Source: Eledone cirrhosa
Lineage: Eukaryota
Length of the DNA: 64,000 nucleotides
Reading direction: 5' to 3'
Assembly (NCBI GenBank): GCA_964016885.1
Contig: OZ024743.1
Span: forward strand, 286,006,001-286,070,000
The notes beneath the pieces are model-generated. The model made no database searches. It was not told where the DNA came from and saw nothing but the letters and a program-made list of their open reading frames with translations. The translations under genes were made by a program, and so were the position numbers. Positions 37,017 to 49,615 of the stretch are shown here, piece by piece (the stretch's first letter is position 1; each line of letters begins with the position of its first letter).

Positions 37017-37370
37017 CAGTCTGCGACTGACCTAGGTTCTGCTGCACGTCAGGCTGAGGAGGCCAAACTCCTCAAATACCGGTCGCTCTCTGACAGGTTT
37101 GCGGTCATACCCCTGGCAGTGGAGACTTCTGGTGTCCTCGGCCCCAGGGCTACCTCCTTACTCATCACCATAGGCGCTGAGCTGGCCAGCCGTAGGTGTG
37201 AGCCCCGCGAGTTGGAGTGGCTTTTCCAGCGCGTCTCCCTTGCTGTCCTCCGGGGAAACGCCTTCTCCATTCTGTCCGCCGGGGCTGTGGGTGGGCCCCA
37301 TCGCGTATCATTTTTGTAAATATGACAACAATCTATCCAACTATACTAACATCTATATAGATGTAACATA
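37017..37370 (+). mobile_element. 3' end of a CRE-clade (restriction-like endonuclease) non-LTR retrotransposon
   Basis: Open frame 37017-37319: SAARQAEEAKLLKYRSLSDRFAVIPLAVETSGVLG...LFQRVSLAVLRGNA, the characteristic CRE C-terminal RLE motif. GC-rich, followed by an AT-rich 3' UTR. Confidence 0.75.
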
Positions 37371-37454
37371 AATATTTATATATAAAGCATATATATAACA
37401 AATATTTATATTATATGCTATATATATATATAGCAAATACATAACATAAATATT

Positions 37455-40275
37455 TATCATCATCATCATCATCATTTTACATCCGCCTTTCCCTGCTTGC
37501 AAGGGTGGGACGAGAACTGATTCTGGCTTGATTTCTACAGTTGGATGCCCTTCCTAACACCAACCTCATTTACAGTGAGTGCTGGGTCCTCTTTTGCCGT
37601 GGCAACTCCACGACCACTTTGCAGAAATATGAAGACGTCGCATCTCAGAGTTGCAACACTTAATGTTGGCACTCTCAGAGGTAGATCTGCTGAAATAGTC
37701 AATCTGGCTTATGTGCTCGCCAGATTTGTAGGTTATTAGGTGGTTGGCAGGTTTTTGGAAGTTAGTGTTGCAAATAGTCAGTGTACTTGCATCACAAAAT
37801 TCAAGAAGTCTCACTCTTTCTTCATTTCTTGAGCCGTAACTTCTTACTAGTTAGGCAGCAGGACAGGCAGATAGTGTCTAATACCAAGGCATACCCTGGG
37901 GAAGAATGTACCCCACAGCATAGGTTAGTTGTTAGTGATATCTCAGTAAGCAAGAGATGGAATGAGACATACAGGAAGGTGTGGAGAAGAAAGGTCTGGA
38001 AGCTAAAAGACCTTTCACTAAAATACAAATTTAGGAAAGCCCTTCAAGATGTGTATGACGAAAAAGAAGACGATTTAGAGACGTATGACAGAAAATAACT
38101 GGAATTTCTAACGTGACAACTTACTGCAGGCTACTGATGAAACTTGTGGCTGGAGCAGAGCTCCAACCAGACAGAGAGTGACCTGGTGGTGGAACAGCAC
38201 AGTAGATAAGGCCATTAGAGACAAAAGACTAGCATGGAAGGCTTGGAAAAAGGGTGGGAGTAGGGAAGGATATACAGCCACTAAGAGAAAAGCTAGACGT
38301 CAGGTGTACTTAGCACGCAGGGAGGCTGAGAGTAGGAGGTTTGCCAATGTTCTGCAACGGGAAGATCAGAGGCGTGCAGTGTTCCACATTGCAAGGCAGT
38401 GTGTTAATGCAAATCAGGATGTTGTTGGAGATAAATGTATCCGGAATGATGCCAGTGTACTTAGTGTCACAAATGATCAGAAAAAGGAGGCCTGGAAATG
38501 TCATTATGAGAGACTGATGAATGTGGAGAACGAATGGGAGAGAGAGAAATTGCCCTCAGTAAATCAGACAGAGGGACTAGCTATTGAGATTGACGAATAT
38601 AGGGTCCAAGAGGTGAATAAAGAAATGAAAAATGGTAAGACTGCTGGACCGTCGGGGATAGTTGCTGAGATGCTGAAGGCATCAGGGGATGTAGGCACTA
38701 AACTGGTTGCACGCATCATCAATCAGGTTATATATGGTGGAGTCATACCCAAAGACTGGTGTAGCAGTATTTTCATAAATTGCGACAAAGGTAAAGGGGA
38801 TGGTCTGGAGAGGAGCAATTATAGGGGTATAAAACTGATGGATCAGGTTATGAAAGTGGCAGAAAGGATTTTAGCGCAACTGATTAGAGAAAGGGTCAAA
38901 CTAGATGAGATGCAGTTTGGTTTTGTGCCTGGGAAGAGTACAACAGATGCCCTCTTCTTGGTGAGACAATTACAAGAGAGTTTCTTAGAGAAAAATAAGC
39001 CACTATACTTAGCCTTTGTTGACCTAGAGAAGGCCTTTGATAGGGTACCCCGATCTGTCATCTGGTGGTCTCTAAGGAAACTAGGTGTTGAGGAATGGCT
39101 TGTGAGGACAGTGCAAACTTTGTACAGAGGTGCTGTCAGTAAAGTCAGGGTAGGAATGGAGTTTAGTGAGGAATTCCAGATACAAGTAGGAGTACAAGGT
39201 TCGGTCCTCAGCCCGCTCTTGTTCATTATAGTCCTCCAAGCCATAACAGAGGAATTTAAGACTGGCTGTCCATGGGAACTTCTCTATGCTGACGATCTGG
39301 TTCTTATAGCAGAATCAGTAGAGGAGCTAGAGAATAAATTCTGGCTATGGAAACAGCAGTTGGAAGCAAGAGGACTGAGAGTGAACCTAGCTAAGACAAA
39401 AGTGTTGATGAGTAGAAAAGAGGACAAAACCCTGATTCCGTCAGGGAAATGGCCATGTTCGATATGCAGAAAAGGAACTGGCATAAATTCTATAAAATGC
39501 ACACAATGCAGATCCTGGATACACAAGAGATGTAGCGGGATAGCAGGCAAACTAACAGGTAGGGAAATATGTATGCAGTAGATGTACAGGGAAATTAGAC
39601 AGTAGAAGTCGCATTGATAGACACATTTTTCAAATGCAGGCGGGTGCTATAGAAGTGGTGGATAGCTTCCGGTACCTAGGAGATCAGATTAGCATGGGAA
39701 GGGGGGTGTTCCGAGGCCATAGTATCTAGAATAAGGATGGGTTGGAAGAAGTTTAGGGAGCTGCTTCCTCTGCTGACGAAGAAGGGTTTCTCTCTGCATA
39801 CGAAAGGCCGGTTATATGATGCCTGTGTGAGGAGCGCGATGCTGCATGGTAGTGAGACATGGGCAGCAACTGCAGAGGATATGTGACGGCTGGAGAGAAA
39901 TGAGGCAAGCATGCTCCGTTGGATGTGCAGTGTCAATGTGCGTGAACGACCCAGCATGAATGTGTTGAGAAAGAAACTGTGTCTGAGAGGGATAGAATGT
40001 AGTGTGCGAGAGAGGAGACTGAGGTGGTATGGACATGTGATTCGCATGGAGGATGACCGATGGGTGAAGAAGTGCCAGGAAATGCCAGTTGAAGGAAGAC
40101 GTGGTAGAGGTAGACCACAAAAAACATGGGCGGAGGTGGTGAGAACAGACCTCAAATCGCTGAAGCTCACGGTGGAGATGACGAAGGACCGTGACAAGTG
40201 GAGAGATGCTGTGCTGAATAAGACCCATCCCACCCTTGCAAGCAGGGAAGAGCGGACGTAAAATGATGATGATGA
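37455..40275 (+). mobile_element. Least-decayed RTE-clade LINE copy (467-aa RT ORF), rearranged 5' end
   Basis: ORF 38178-39581 with NYRGIKL, MQFGF, FVDLEKAFDRV, QGSVLSPLLF, LYADDL and a CxxC finger. C-terminal RLRWYGHV...GRGRPQKTW and a (GAT)n tail. Inverted APE segment at 37694-37840. Confidence 0.93.
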
Positions 40276-40304
40276 TATATATATATAGCATATATATAAC
40301 ATAT

Positions 40305-41010
40305 ACAGTTCCTGTATGAGCAAGGCATGGTCAGCCGACCAGACACTACCCACAACAGGACAACCCGTCTAACCCATGCTAGCGTGGAAGAACGGACGTA
40401 AAACGGTGATGATGATGATGATACTATGGAACTGGAAGACCTAGGAACATTTGGGATGAACCGATAAAAACTGACCTTGCCCAATTAAACCTCACAAAAT
40501 GAAATGAAACAAACATGCAGAGGACACTAGTCTGCCGCAATCATCCCCTCCCCCCATCCATTCTTCCTTGTTTTAATACCCTGCTCACACCTGTTAAATA
40601 TCCCACGCACCTAATTAATGTCAAACCTATTTACCTACCCCCATCCCTAAACACCTCACCTGCCCAGCCCATTAAAGCTAGACATGCTCGACATCTGATC
40701 TCTCCCAATGCCGTTGCCATGACAAAAGGAACAAAGTCCACTCTGTACGCTAATCTGGTGCCATAACAACAAAAGCACCCAGTTCCTTCTGTATAGTGGT
40801 CGTATTGGTGATACGAGAAAAAGCACCCAGTCCACATTGTAACGTGGTTGGCATTAGGAAAGGCATCCAACCGTTGAAAATAAGCCAAAACAGAGATTCG
40901 TATGAGCAAGACGTGGTCACCCGACCTGACTTGTCTCATAATATGACAACCCGTCTAATCCATGCGAGGATGGAAAATTATACGTTAACCGATGATGATG
41001 ATGATGATAT
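40305..41010 (+). repeat. RTE-tail SINE-like repeats
   Basis: Copies at 40305-40420 and 40720-41010 ending in (GAT)n. Confidence 0.7.
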
Positions 41011-42439
41011 TTGTTTCTACGTGTACTAATTTTATAAAATGGATGCTGTTGGATATGGCCTGCTGTTGCTCAATTTTTTGTCCATGGTTGATGGGACAAG
41101 GCTAGATAGTCTTACCATTTAATTCTGGTTTAAAGGTTGATGTCATAATACATGCTATTGTACATTTTTGGAAATGTTTCGTATAAATAAATACGGTAAT
41201 TTGTAAAGTTAGCTCCCTTGATATACAATTTTATTCAATGCTTTCATGAAATTAATTATTCCTTTGAATTAATAAAATTATAATTTTAAAATCAAATCAG
41301 ATCTACGCTTCATTCTATATATCCTTATAAACTGTCAGAAAATATAACTCTATTAAAAGTAACAGCAAAATTAATATTTCTATGAAGACGATATTTCCCT
41401 CCATAACACTCGTTCCATTTTATTAATAATACGCCTTACACGCCGAAATTCACTGCTTTCCTAATTTACTAAATTAAGCAACACTAAAATAATTTAAAAT
41501 ATATTTCAAGAAAATATCAGGTGAGTTGATTTTTCATACAAAATAATTACATCAATTTTGTTTAAAGAGACTAGACTTTTTCTACTTGAATTAATAAAAG
41601 CATATATGAACCCATTTACAATATAAACATACATTTAATCTTGATGAACGTTAGGTGCATGCTTTTATCGTTAAAGATCATCATTTATTTGCGATATTAT
41701 CACAGTTTAAAATACCAATTGCAAAATAAATGTATGTTTATTATATATATAAACATGTATATTTTTTCCGTTTTATATACTCTTTTATTCAGAATCACGC
41801 TGAATATCTAATCTACTTTAGTTGTTTATTTTCATTTGGTGAGTGTGTGTCGGAAACTACTGGAAACAAATTATACTAATAACAAAGTAGTTAATTAATT
41901 CTAAAAGAACCATTGAATTTTACTATTATTACTGTTGTTGTATTATAATATTAGCATGATGTATGTTTTGTAAGCATAACATTTAATACAGTAAAATTCT
42001 ATAAAGATAGACTCCATGTGATCGAAAAGGTTATTGATCCGAATACATTTAAAACAATTTCTACATATTATTTTATACCACGATAAAATATAGTACCAGT
42101 AATGCATTGAGATAATTGCTGGCCTTGTGCCAAAAGTAGAAGCAATTATTTTATACCACGATAGTCATTATAGTTTTAGTTCTTTTCTTATTTTTGCGTG
42201 AAAATACTATTTTGTTATATTCTTATTCTAAAAATTATTGTAAACGAAAAGTTTATGGTGAGATGGCTTACAGAAGAAAATTGTTAAATAATTGTTTCTA
42301 CTTTAGGCACAAGGCCAGCAATTATTCAGTGCATTACTGGTACTTTATTTTATCGACCCCGTAAGGATGAAAATAAACAGGAAAAAACTATAATGAAAAT
42401 AAGGGGAAGGGAGGGTAGATCCTACACCTCTATGTTGGC

Positions 42440-42560
42440 AGTATATCTCAGCTGCGCCTCTCTGACAAGATGGCGAAAGCATTGGCGCAGACAATAGCCA
42501 GTGACACCCGCTGCATCAGCCACTCCAGCCCACAGGGCTCCTTTCTCATTGCAGGAAACA
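42440..42560 (+). promoter_or_regulatory. Candidate promoter/5' end of BTB gene B (YY1-like motif)
   Basis: Local GC/CpG-richer patch with CAAGATGGCG at 42466-42475, ~950 bp upstream of the gene B ATG. That ATG is preceded by a splice acceptor (ttctttgaAG, 43400). Confidence 0.35.
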
Positions 42561-43409
42561 TTGACAATGTTATTGACTATCAAAAGACAGAAAAATCTAC
42601 TGCATAACCCGTTGATGCTACTATTATACAGCATTATCCACAAAATTGCTGCAAAATCTAGCGAAACCAAAATAAAACAGATTTTTCAACTAATCAAAAC
42701 ATAGATCAACTCTGTAAACATGGAACTCTTATGCAGAAGTTTCGAATAGTCGCCAGTACAATATATGATATTTATAAATAAGTTGCAGTAATATATTTCT
42801 AGGTTTCACTGAGTGAGGAGAATTTGGTACTAAAGAAAAGTATGTCAGACATGTAGTTTAATGAGATATGCTTTAGTTTGTATGAGTCAGTTGCTAAAGA
42901 ATTTGAAAATGGCCTTTAATTAAAAGGAGAAACAATCAAATACAACAGAAAAAATGTATTTTCTCAACAATTGGTTGCAAAGATCCAAAGATTGTCATAG
43001 GATATTTTATTTTGTTCATTCATTAATTATTGTCAGAGGGGGGTATACTAAAGTATCTCAGATATTGTAACACATTTATTTGCATATTCTTTCGACAATA
43101 TGGAATATCTTAAGAGTTATGGAGGAGTGGGGGTCTATGCTATGGTATATCTTCTGACAATAAAGCATAGGACATACCACAGAGGTTTAAAACAGAAGTA
43201 GTTAATTAAATTTATTCTCTGGTAATTTATATAGTAGTTTCTAACACAAAAGTAAGTTGTCATTCATGGAAGAGAGATTTCAAATATATGGAATTTTAGT
43301 GCATTAAAAAGCTTATGTCATGTTTGTAGCCTGAAAACAATGAACTCAGAAAAAGCTCTAAATGAAATATCTTCAAATTTGTCTTTTTGTTTCTTTGAAG
43401 GGAGAAATA

Positions 43410-43842
43410 ATGGGGAGGTTCAAGAAGTACCGTAATGAAATAGAAAGGCAAGCAGCCAGAAAACAACGTGAACGAGAAAGACGTGCTACTGAAACAAATG
43501 AAGAAAGAGAAGAAAGATTGAGAAAGCTGTCTATAAATGCACAAAAAAGAAGAGCTGAGGAATCAACAGAAGAAAGAAAACAGAGGCTTAGAAGATTGTC
43601 TCAGAATGAATTGAAGAGAAGGGCTAAAGAAACAAATGAAGAAAGAGATGAAAGACTTAAGAAACTCTCTCAATATGCAAAGAACAGGCGTGCTGCAGGG
43701 CCAAACAATCATAATACTCAACTAGGTAAAAAAATGGATCGAGGCCAGAATCAAAATGCTAATGGTTACATTAAAGTCAACCTTTTAAAGTATTATGATG
43801 TCCATGAAGACCATCATCAGGAGCAGATGCAACACAATCCTG
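43410..43842 (+). CDS. BTB gene B exon 1: STPR-like 23-aa repeat DNA-binding domain
   Basis: ATG at 43410; three exact 23-aa repeats ETNEEREERLRKLSINAQKRRAE / ESTEERKQRLRRLSQNELKRRAK / ETNEERDERLKKLSQYAKNRRAA (43491-43697). Donor CCTG|GTATCT (phase 1). Confidence 0.8.
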
Positions 43843-44395
43843 GTATCTGTTCCTCTGAACTTTTAATTCATTAGGGTGATAATATCTAGTTTAATTTCTA
43901 TACAATACTTAATTGCCTTTCTCACCTTCTTAACTGATGTAAATATTCTGTAAAACTAGCAGCTATCAATTGTGCGCAGATTATTTGAAACTCTCTCTTT
44001 AAACTTATTTCAATATTTTATATTATTATTCTACATAGTGGTTTGCAACAAATAAAATACCTTGTTGTTTTCTGAGTGTTATTCTCAAGTAATCCCCATG
44101 AGTGCTTTTAGCAGTGTCCATTCTGTTGCAAGCATTCGAGTTAGGTCTCCAGATTGAGGATACCTCCCATTAAAATTGGAAGTACCAGAAAATGCCCTTC
44201 CTAAGCAATTTAAAAAATGTTTTTCAAAACCCAAACTGCTCTAGTATGTGTTCCTACTTGAGAAATAGATCAGATATTAACTAAATTATTTTGAAATCTC
44301 GACAGTACACTAATGTATCTGTTATTTTTTTTTCTATCCAAACTGTTTTAAATAATTCTAATGAAGATTAATTAGATTTGCTTATTTTCTCTTAG

Positions 44396-44537
44396 GAAAC
44401 AAATTAAGTCACTTAAAGAGAACATCAAAATGGAAAAGGAATGTCTCTAAAACATTACAGATAGAAGAGATAATCCCAGGCACAAACTCTAGACAGAAGA
44501 ATTCAAGACTATCACAAACCAGAAGTAGATTAACATC
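44396..44537 (+). CDS. BTB gene B exon 2 (basic linker)
   Basis: Acceptor ttttctcttAG (phase 1), open frame GNKLSHLKRTSKWKR...NSRLSQTRSRLT, donor TC|GTAAGT (phase 2). Joins exons 1 and 3 in frame. Confidence 0.72.
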
Positions 44538-45422
44538 GTAAGTGTTACTCTAATTTCTTTTATATAGGTGTCTTGATAAAAGGCATCTAGTACACTCTGT
44601 AAATTGGCATTTTAAAGGGCATCCAGTTACAGGAACTATGCAAAAATGGAATGTATCATGCTCTGATTAAGTACTGATTGGTTTGTAACAACCCACCTAA
44701 CCCATGCCAGCATAGAAAACCAGACATAAAATGGTGATGATAATTGTGTTTTCTGTAGCTCTGATTAATTCTGCATTGGAAATTATATCATCTACAAACA
44801 GAAGATCCCGTGGTCATTTATTTCTGAATAACAACTTCAAGGAAAAAAAGATAAATCAGAACTTTAGAAACTCTTAAAGGAATTTTTAATTTTACCAAAA
44901 CCATTATATCAACATGCATGGTCTAAGATGCTCTCATTTGTTGTTTACAACCAGCTTTCTTACTATGCATGAAGCTACAGTGTTTTCAGGCCAATAAATA
45001 CAAGAGTGTATTAGTTAATCTTTACCAAATTCTCTGGCAATTGCTTGAAAAATAGAGCATTGTATTGATACAAAATTAAATTATGTTCTAGACACTTTAA
45101 TTCAACTTTGCATTGGTCTGGCTATATCTTCCACCACCATCATAATTTGTTTCATTAACTTAAGTTCCTTGTAACTTACTTTCTAGCTATCAAGGATAAT
45201 GTCATTTTACACAATCTTAATGAAAAATAGAAGCTAGTATAATATCTACTCTCTCATGCTCACATCATCAACTTCAGTACAGTATATTGCCATTTTTCAT
45301 AGTCTTGTTACCTTGTCTGTAAGCTGAACAATGTCAAATCTGATTTCATTATTTCCTCCAATGTTACATTTTCAAAAGCTGTTTGATTCAGTTTCTTATT
45401 TAGATGGTAAGATGTTATCAAG

Positions 45423-45495
45423 TGTCCCTTACCTCAATGGTTAGAGCACCTAGCCAGTATCTGGGAGGTATAGAGTTCAATTCTTTGTAGTGGCT
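45423..45495 (+). pseudogene. Degenerate tRNA-like sequence or SINE head
   Basis: A-box-like tacctcaatgg and B-box-like gagttcaattc, with stem cctag/ctggg around loop ccagtat. Acceptor stem is poor. Confidence 0.3.
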
Positions 45496-46319
45496 CTTAA
45501 CATATTTTTATCTCAAGGGGTCCTTACCCAATTTTTATAAACTATTTTATAGTAACTGATTGTAATTGCAGTTATTTTCAGCACCTGAGCTTCCTACATC
45601 TTCTTATATATATAGCAGAAGCACCACCCCTTGGGAGATTTTCTACTAGTCAATGTATACAAAATGTGTGAAAATGAAAAATTATACCTTTCATGTATGG
45701 ATCATACAACCTCATACTGACGTATTTAATTTTGCAGTTTATGTAATGATGAGGTTGTGAAGACCAACTTTATAAAATTAAGCCTCACAACAGAGATGAC
45801 AAAGGGTTGTAAGGGCTCGTGAAGACATGGTCAACAGCATACAATGTGACCTGATTTATCCCCATGTCCCCCCTTCCGCAAACACTCCCTATCCTTACCA
45901 TCACTACACACCCCTACACCATCCATGCCCCCTCCAGTATCCACTCCTTAGCTGCTGCTCCCACTAAAGCTCTTAGATACCCTTACACACACACCCTAGT
46001 AGATACTCTCTCCACTGCTATGCACTTCACCCATGCCCCCTCCACTATCTATCACTCCTTAGCTATTCTCTCCATCACTTCACTTCTCCTTCCTGGCACA
46101 GACGAATACCATCCCCCACTCTGCACTATCCCCCCCCCACACACACACACACACACAATGACTATATCTGCTTCAGTGTTCTCATCACCACATCCCCTCT
46201 CCTTTATGCTGTTAAAAGACTCCTCCTTCACCACAGCCAAATCACACCATACTTGCCATAACGTAATACTTATCTTCTATCACTCCCACCCACCCCACTC
46301 ACCATAGAACAGAGAGGCT

Positions 46320-47110
46320 CTTTTGTTGGGACCATACCAACAACCTCTCAAGCATTGGTACCATGAAAATGCACCTGGTACACCCTGTAAGGTGGTTGGC
46401 AACAGGAAGGGCACCCTGCTGTAAAAATCATGCCTAAAAAGGTTGAGAGGACCCTTCAGTAATGTTATGCCACAGCATCTCTAGTGTTAGTGATTTATAC
46501 AGTAAACACTCTCAGTATACACTGTAGAGGGGTTGGTGATATGAAGGGTATCGAACTATAGAAAGCTTGCCAAACAAAGGGTTGTGAAGACCCTTCAGTT
46601 ATGTCAAGGACATGACAGCTTCCCTAGTGTTCATGATCTACACAATAAATGCATGCAGTACACACTGTAAAATGGTTGGTAATAGGAAGGGCATTCAGCC
46701 ATAGAAACTTTGTATGCAGCAGATGTACATGGGAGATAAGCACTAAGAACACACAAGAAATAGATTCTCTCAATTGCTTGGGAGTCTCGTTAGAAATCGT
46801 TGACAGCTTTTGTTACCTAGGTGACCTAATCAGAAGACTAAGAGCAGGATGGGAAAATGCCAGGGAACTACTACCTTTGTTGACAACAAAAGGTTTCTCT
46901 GTATGAACAAAAGCATCACTATATGATGCACACTACATTTGTCTCCTCTTATACTCAGTTTCATTCTCAGCTCATCCATTCTTTGCCATATATGCACATT
47001 AACATCACTCATCCATCGAAGCATGCTTGCTTCATTTCTCTCCAGCCTTCACCTTTCTGTGTTTACTGCCCATGTTTCATTTGTATGTAACATTGCATTT
47101 GATACAATTC
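46320..47110. mobile_element. Tail-SINE tandem units and RTE fragments in opposite orientations
   Basis: ORF 46649-46906 ends FVCSRC...EIVDSFCYLGD...RAGWENARELL; minus ORF 46830-47024 MLRWMSDVNV. Confidence 0.65.
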
Positions 47111-47519
47111 ATCATTGTCATCATTTTCACATCTGCTTCTTCATGATAGTATGAGTTGGATGAAGCAGTTTTCTTTGGCTGGATGCTTTTCCTAATACTA
47201 ACTTATAATTATTTTCTTCTTCAAACCGTTATCCTAATTCCAGTCTAATGCATATTGTAGCATCATCACCATTTAACATCCATTTTCCATGGTTACATTG
47301 TTTAAACATGTCACATTATAAGGCTCGACATGTCAGGTGACTACATGTTACATATATTTTAAGTTTGGTTTTCCATGGCTGCTACCCTTCCTAATGCCTA
47401 TCACTTTACAGCGTGTACTGGGAACTTTTTTTTATGCACTAGTATTGTCACCTTACAGAGTAAAAGCTCTTATTAACACCATTGCTTTATCTAAGATTGG
47501 GTCATTATATTAACGGAAG

Positions 47520-47685
47520 AGGGTCGGACGCCATGCTTTGCAACAAAGAGTTACGGCCCTTGCCATTCTGAGTTCAAATCCCGCCGAGGTTAACTTTGCC
47601 TTTCATCCTTACGGTGTCGATAAAATAAAGTACCAGTAATACACTGGGATAATTGCTGGTCTTGTGCCAAAAGTAGAAACAATTA
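47520..47685 (+). mobile_element. tRNA-derived SINE (MetaSINE-like core)
   Basis: gagttcaaatcccgccgaggttaactttgcctttcatccttacggtgtcgataaaataaagtaccagt...ataattgctggtcttgtgccaaaagtagaaacaattat. Confidence 0.8.
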
Positions 47686-48010
47686 TATTAACTTGTGCCA
47701 CCTTCCACCACTGAAACTTGAGTTTGTAGAGCATGAATATTTTTGTCAGTTGGAATGTTTTCCTAAACCACTTAAATATTTTAAGTAAATTATATTGGGA
47801 AAAAACCAAAACAATTGATACCAAATTAGTTAAATTAAAAATTTATTTATTTATGTGTACTCCTAAAGTGAGCTGTAACAAGTTGAATTATTTTAGTCTC
47901 CCTGCAAAAAATGATTCTTATATTACCATATAGATAACCATTGATGTTTTTTTCTATCCTCTTATCTCTATATATCTAATCAATGCATATTTTATATTTT
48001 GGATTTAAAG

Positions 48011-48188
48011 CCATGCCCTGTCTGATGAAATCTCTGTTGTTCCACAATCGACTATACCTGAAGTTCATGAGAAACATATTTTAGTAGTTCCCAATCACCA
48101 AACAGCAGTAATGTCAAATCTGTTTTCTCTTTGGAAGACACGACGCCTGTGTGACTCGTACATTAGTAATGGTACTACGAATGTAATG
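48011..48188 (+). CDS. BTB gene B exon 3 (N-terminal part of BTB domain)
   Basis: Phase-2 acceptor tttaaAG; HALSDEISV...VPNHQTAVMSNLFSLWKTRRLCDSYISNGTTNVM; donor GTATGT. Confidence 0.88.
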
Positions 48189-48229
48189 GTATGTATGTCA
48201 TAATTCTATTATAATTCCATTCACATTTA

Positions 48230-49255
48230 TCATCATCATCATTGTTTAATGTCCATCTTCCACGCTAGTATAAGTAGGATGGGCTGTCCCTTTGTGAGAG
48301 ATCAGGTCGAAGGACTGATCCACTCACACAGAACTGATTTTGGTTTGGTTTCTGCAGCTGGATGCCCTTCCTAATGCTAACCATATTTACAGTATGTGCT
48401 GGGTGCTTTTTGCCATGTCACCTACATGACCACTTTATTACATGGATTGGGTACTTTTTGTTATGACACCTACATGACCACTTTACAGTGTGGACTGGGC
48501 GCTTTGTTGTGACACTTACATGACCTCTATATAGTGTGAGCTGGGCTCTTTTGTTGTGGCTCCAGGGAAAAGGATCACATTATGGAGGGGGTTGGGAAAT
48601 TGGGGGCATAAGTATAGGGGAGGTTTATAGGAGGGGAGATGGTAGGGAATGGTGTTGCCTACTAGGTATATGCCTCAGCCCGAGAATAATACTAGGCAGG
48701 TCTTCTGTAATTCTTCATAGCGCCAGAGGTCATGGCCCTGTGGCATCGAGCAGTGGTGTAATTGAGCAAAGTCAGCTCTTATTACCTCATCCCAAGTCTT
48801 CCTAAGCCTGCCTACTCCATGGCTACCATCAACTTGAGTGCTCAGCACATTTTTATACAGTTGTCATTCTTCATACGCATCACATGTCCATACCAATGCA
48901 ATCTCCTCTCCTGCACACATCTGATCCCTCTTATGCCTAATTTCTTGCACAGTTCATTTATGCTTTGCTGTTTGCAATGTTGCTATTGCACATCCATCGA
49001 AGCATGGAGGCTTCATTTCTTTCCAATCTTTGCAGATCCTCAACAGATAGTGCCCAGGTCTCATTGCTGTGTAACATAGTTGTTCTTATACATGCATCAT
49101 ACAGTTTGCTTTTTATTTTGAGGAAAAAAAAACTTTTGTAGTTAACAGCGGTAGTAGATCCCTGAACTTTCTACAACCTGATCTCACTCTGGCTACTGTA
49201 CTTTTGAAATACCCTTCCCCACCATTGATTTGGTCACCCAGGTAACAGAAGCTAT
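48230..49255 (-). mobile_element. RTE LINE 3' portion plus tail repeat in intron 3 of gene B
   Basis: (CAT)n tail, ~45-bp tandem units, and minus-strand RT C-terminal DNA (ttctgttacctgggtgacc...). Confidence 0.75.
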
Positions 49256-49615
49256 CTTATGATAGTGTAAATTGATATCCAGGACCTAACTGGTACTTTA
49301 TTTTATTGACCATGGAAAGATGAAAGGCAAACTTTACTTCAGCAGGACTTGAACGCAAAACAAAATTGTTTTAACCAATTTTTTTTTTTTTATACTATGT
49401 ATAGTTGTATATTTAAGACATTAATCTCTAACATTTAGTCATGCAGTTATGATTTAAAGGTGTCATAAAGTATTCAGTAACTGTGAAGCAGTCAAGATTA
49501 TATTAAATTTAGTAACAGGCTATTGATGAATGATTTTGCAAAGATATATGTAACATACTATCAAATTGTCCATTTGTCATATTTATTCCAGATGTATTTT
49601 ATCATATGTTTTCAG

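Noticed and set aside
38178-39581. 467-aa ORF as a host gene or active RT
   Set aside because: It is part of an RTE LINE with flanking stops, frameshifts and a rearranged endonuclease region, so it is a non-autonomous remnant.
45423-45495. Functional tRNA-Thr(AGT) gene
   Set aside because: The acceptor and T stems are mismatched and the A-box is degenerate, so it is kept only as a low-confidence pseudogene or SINE head.
45864-46307. 147-aa His/Pro/Thr-rich ORF
   Set aside because: Low-complexity C/A-rich sequence of the kind trailing several RTE 3' ends here (e.g. 63187-63372). No domain or splice support.
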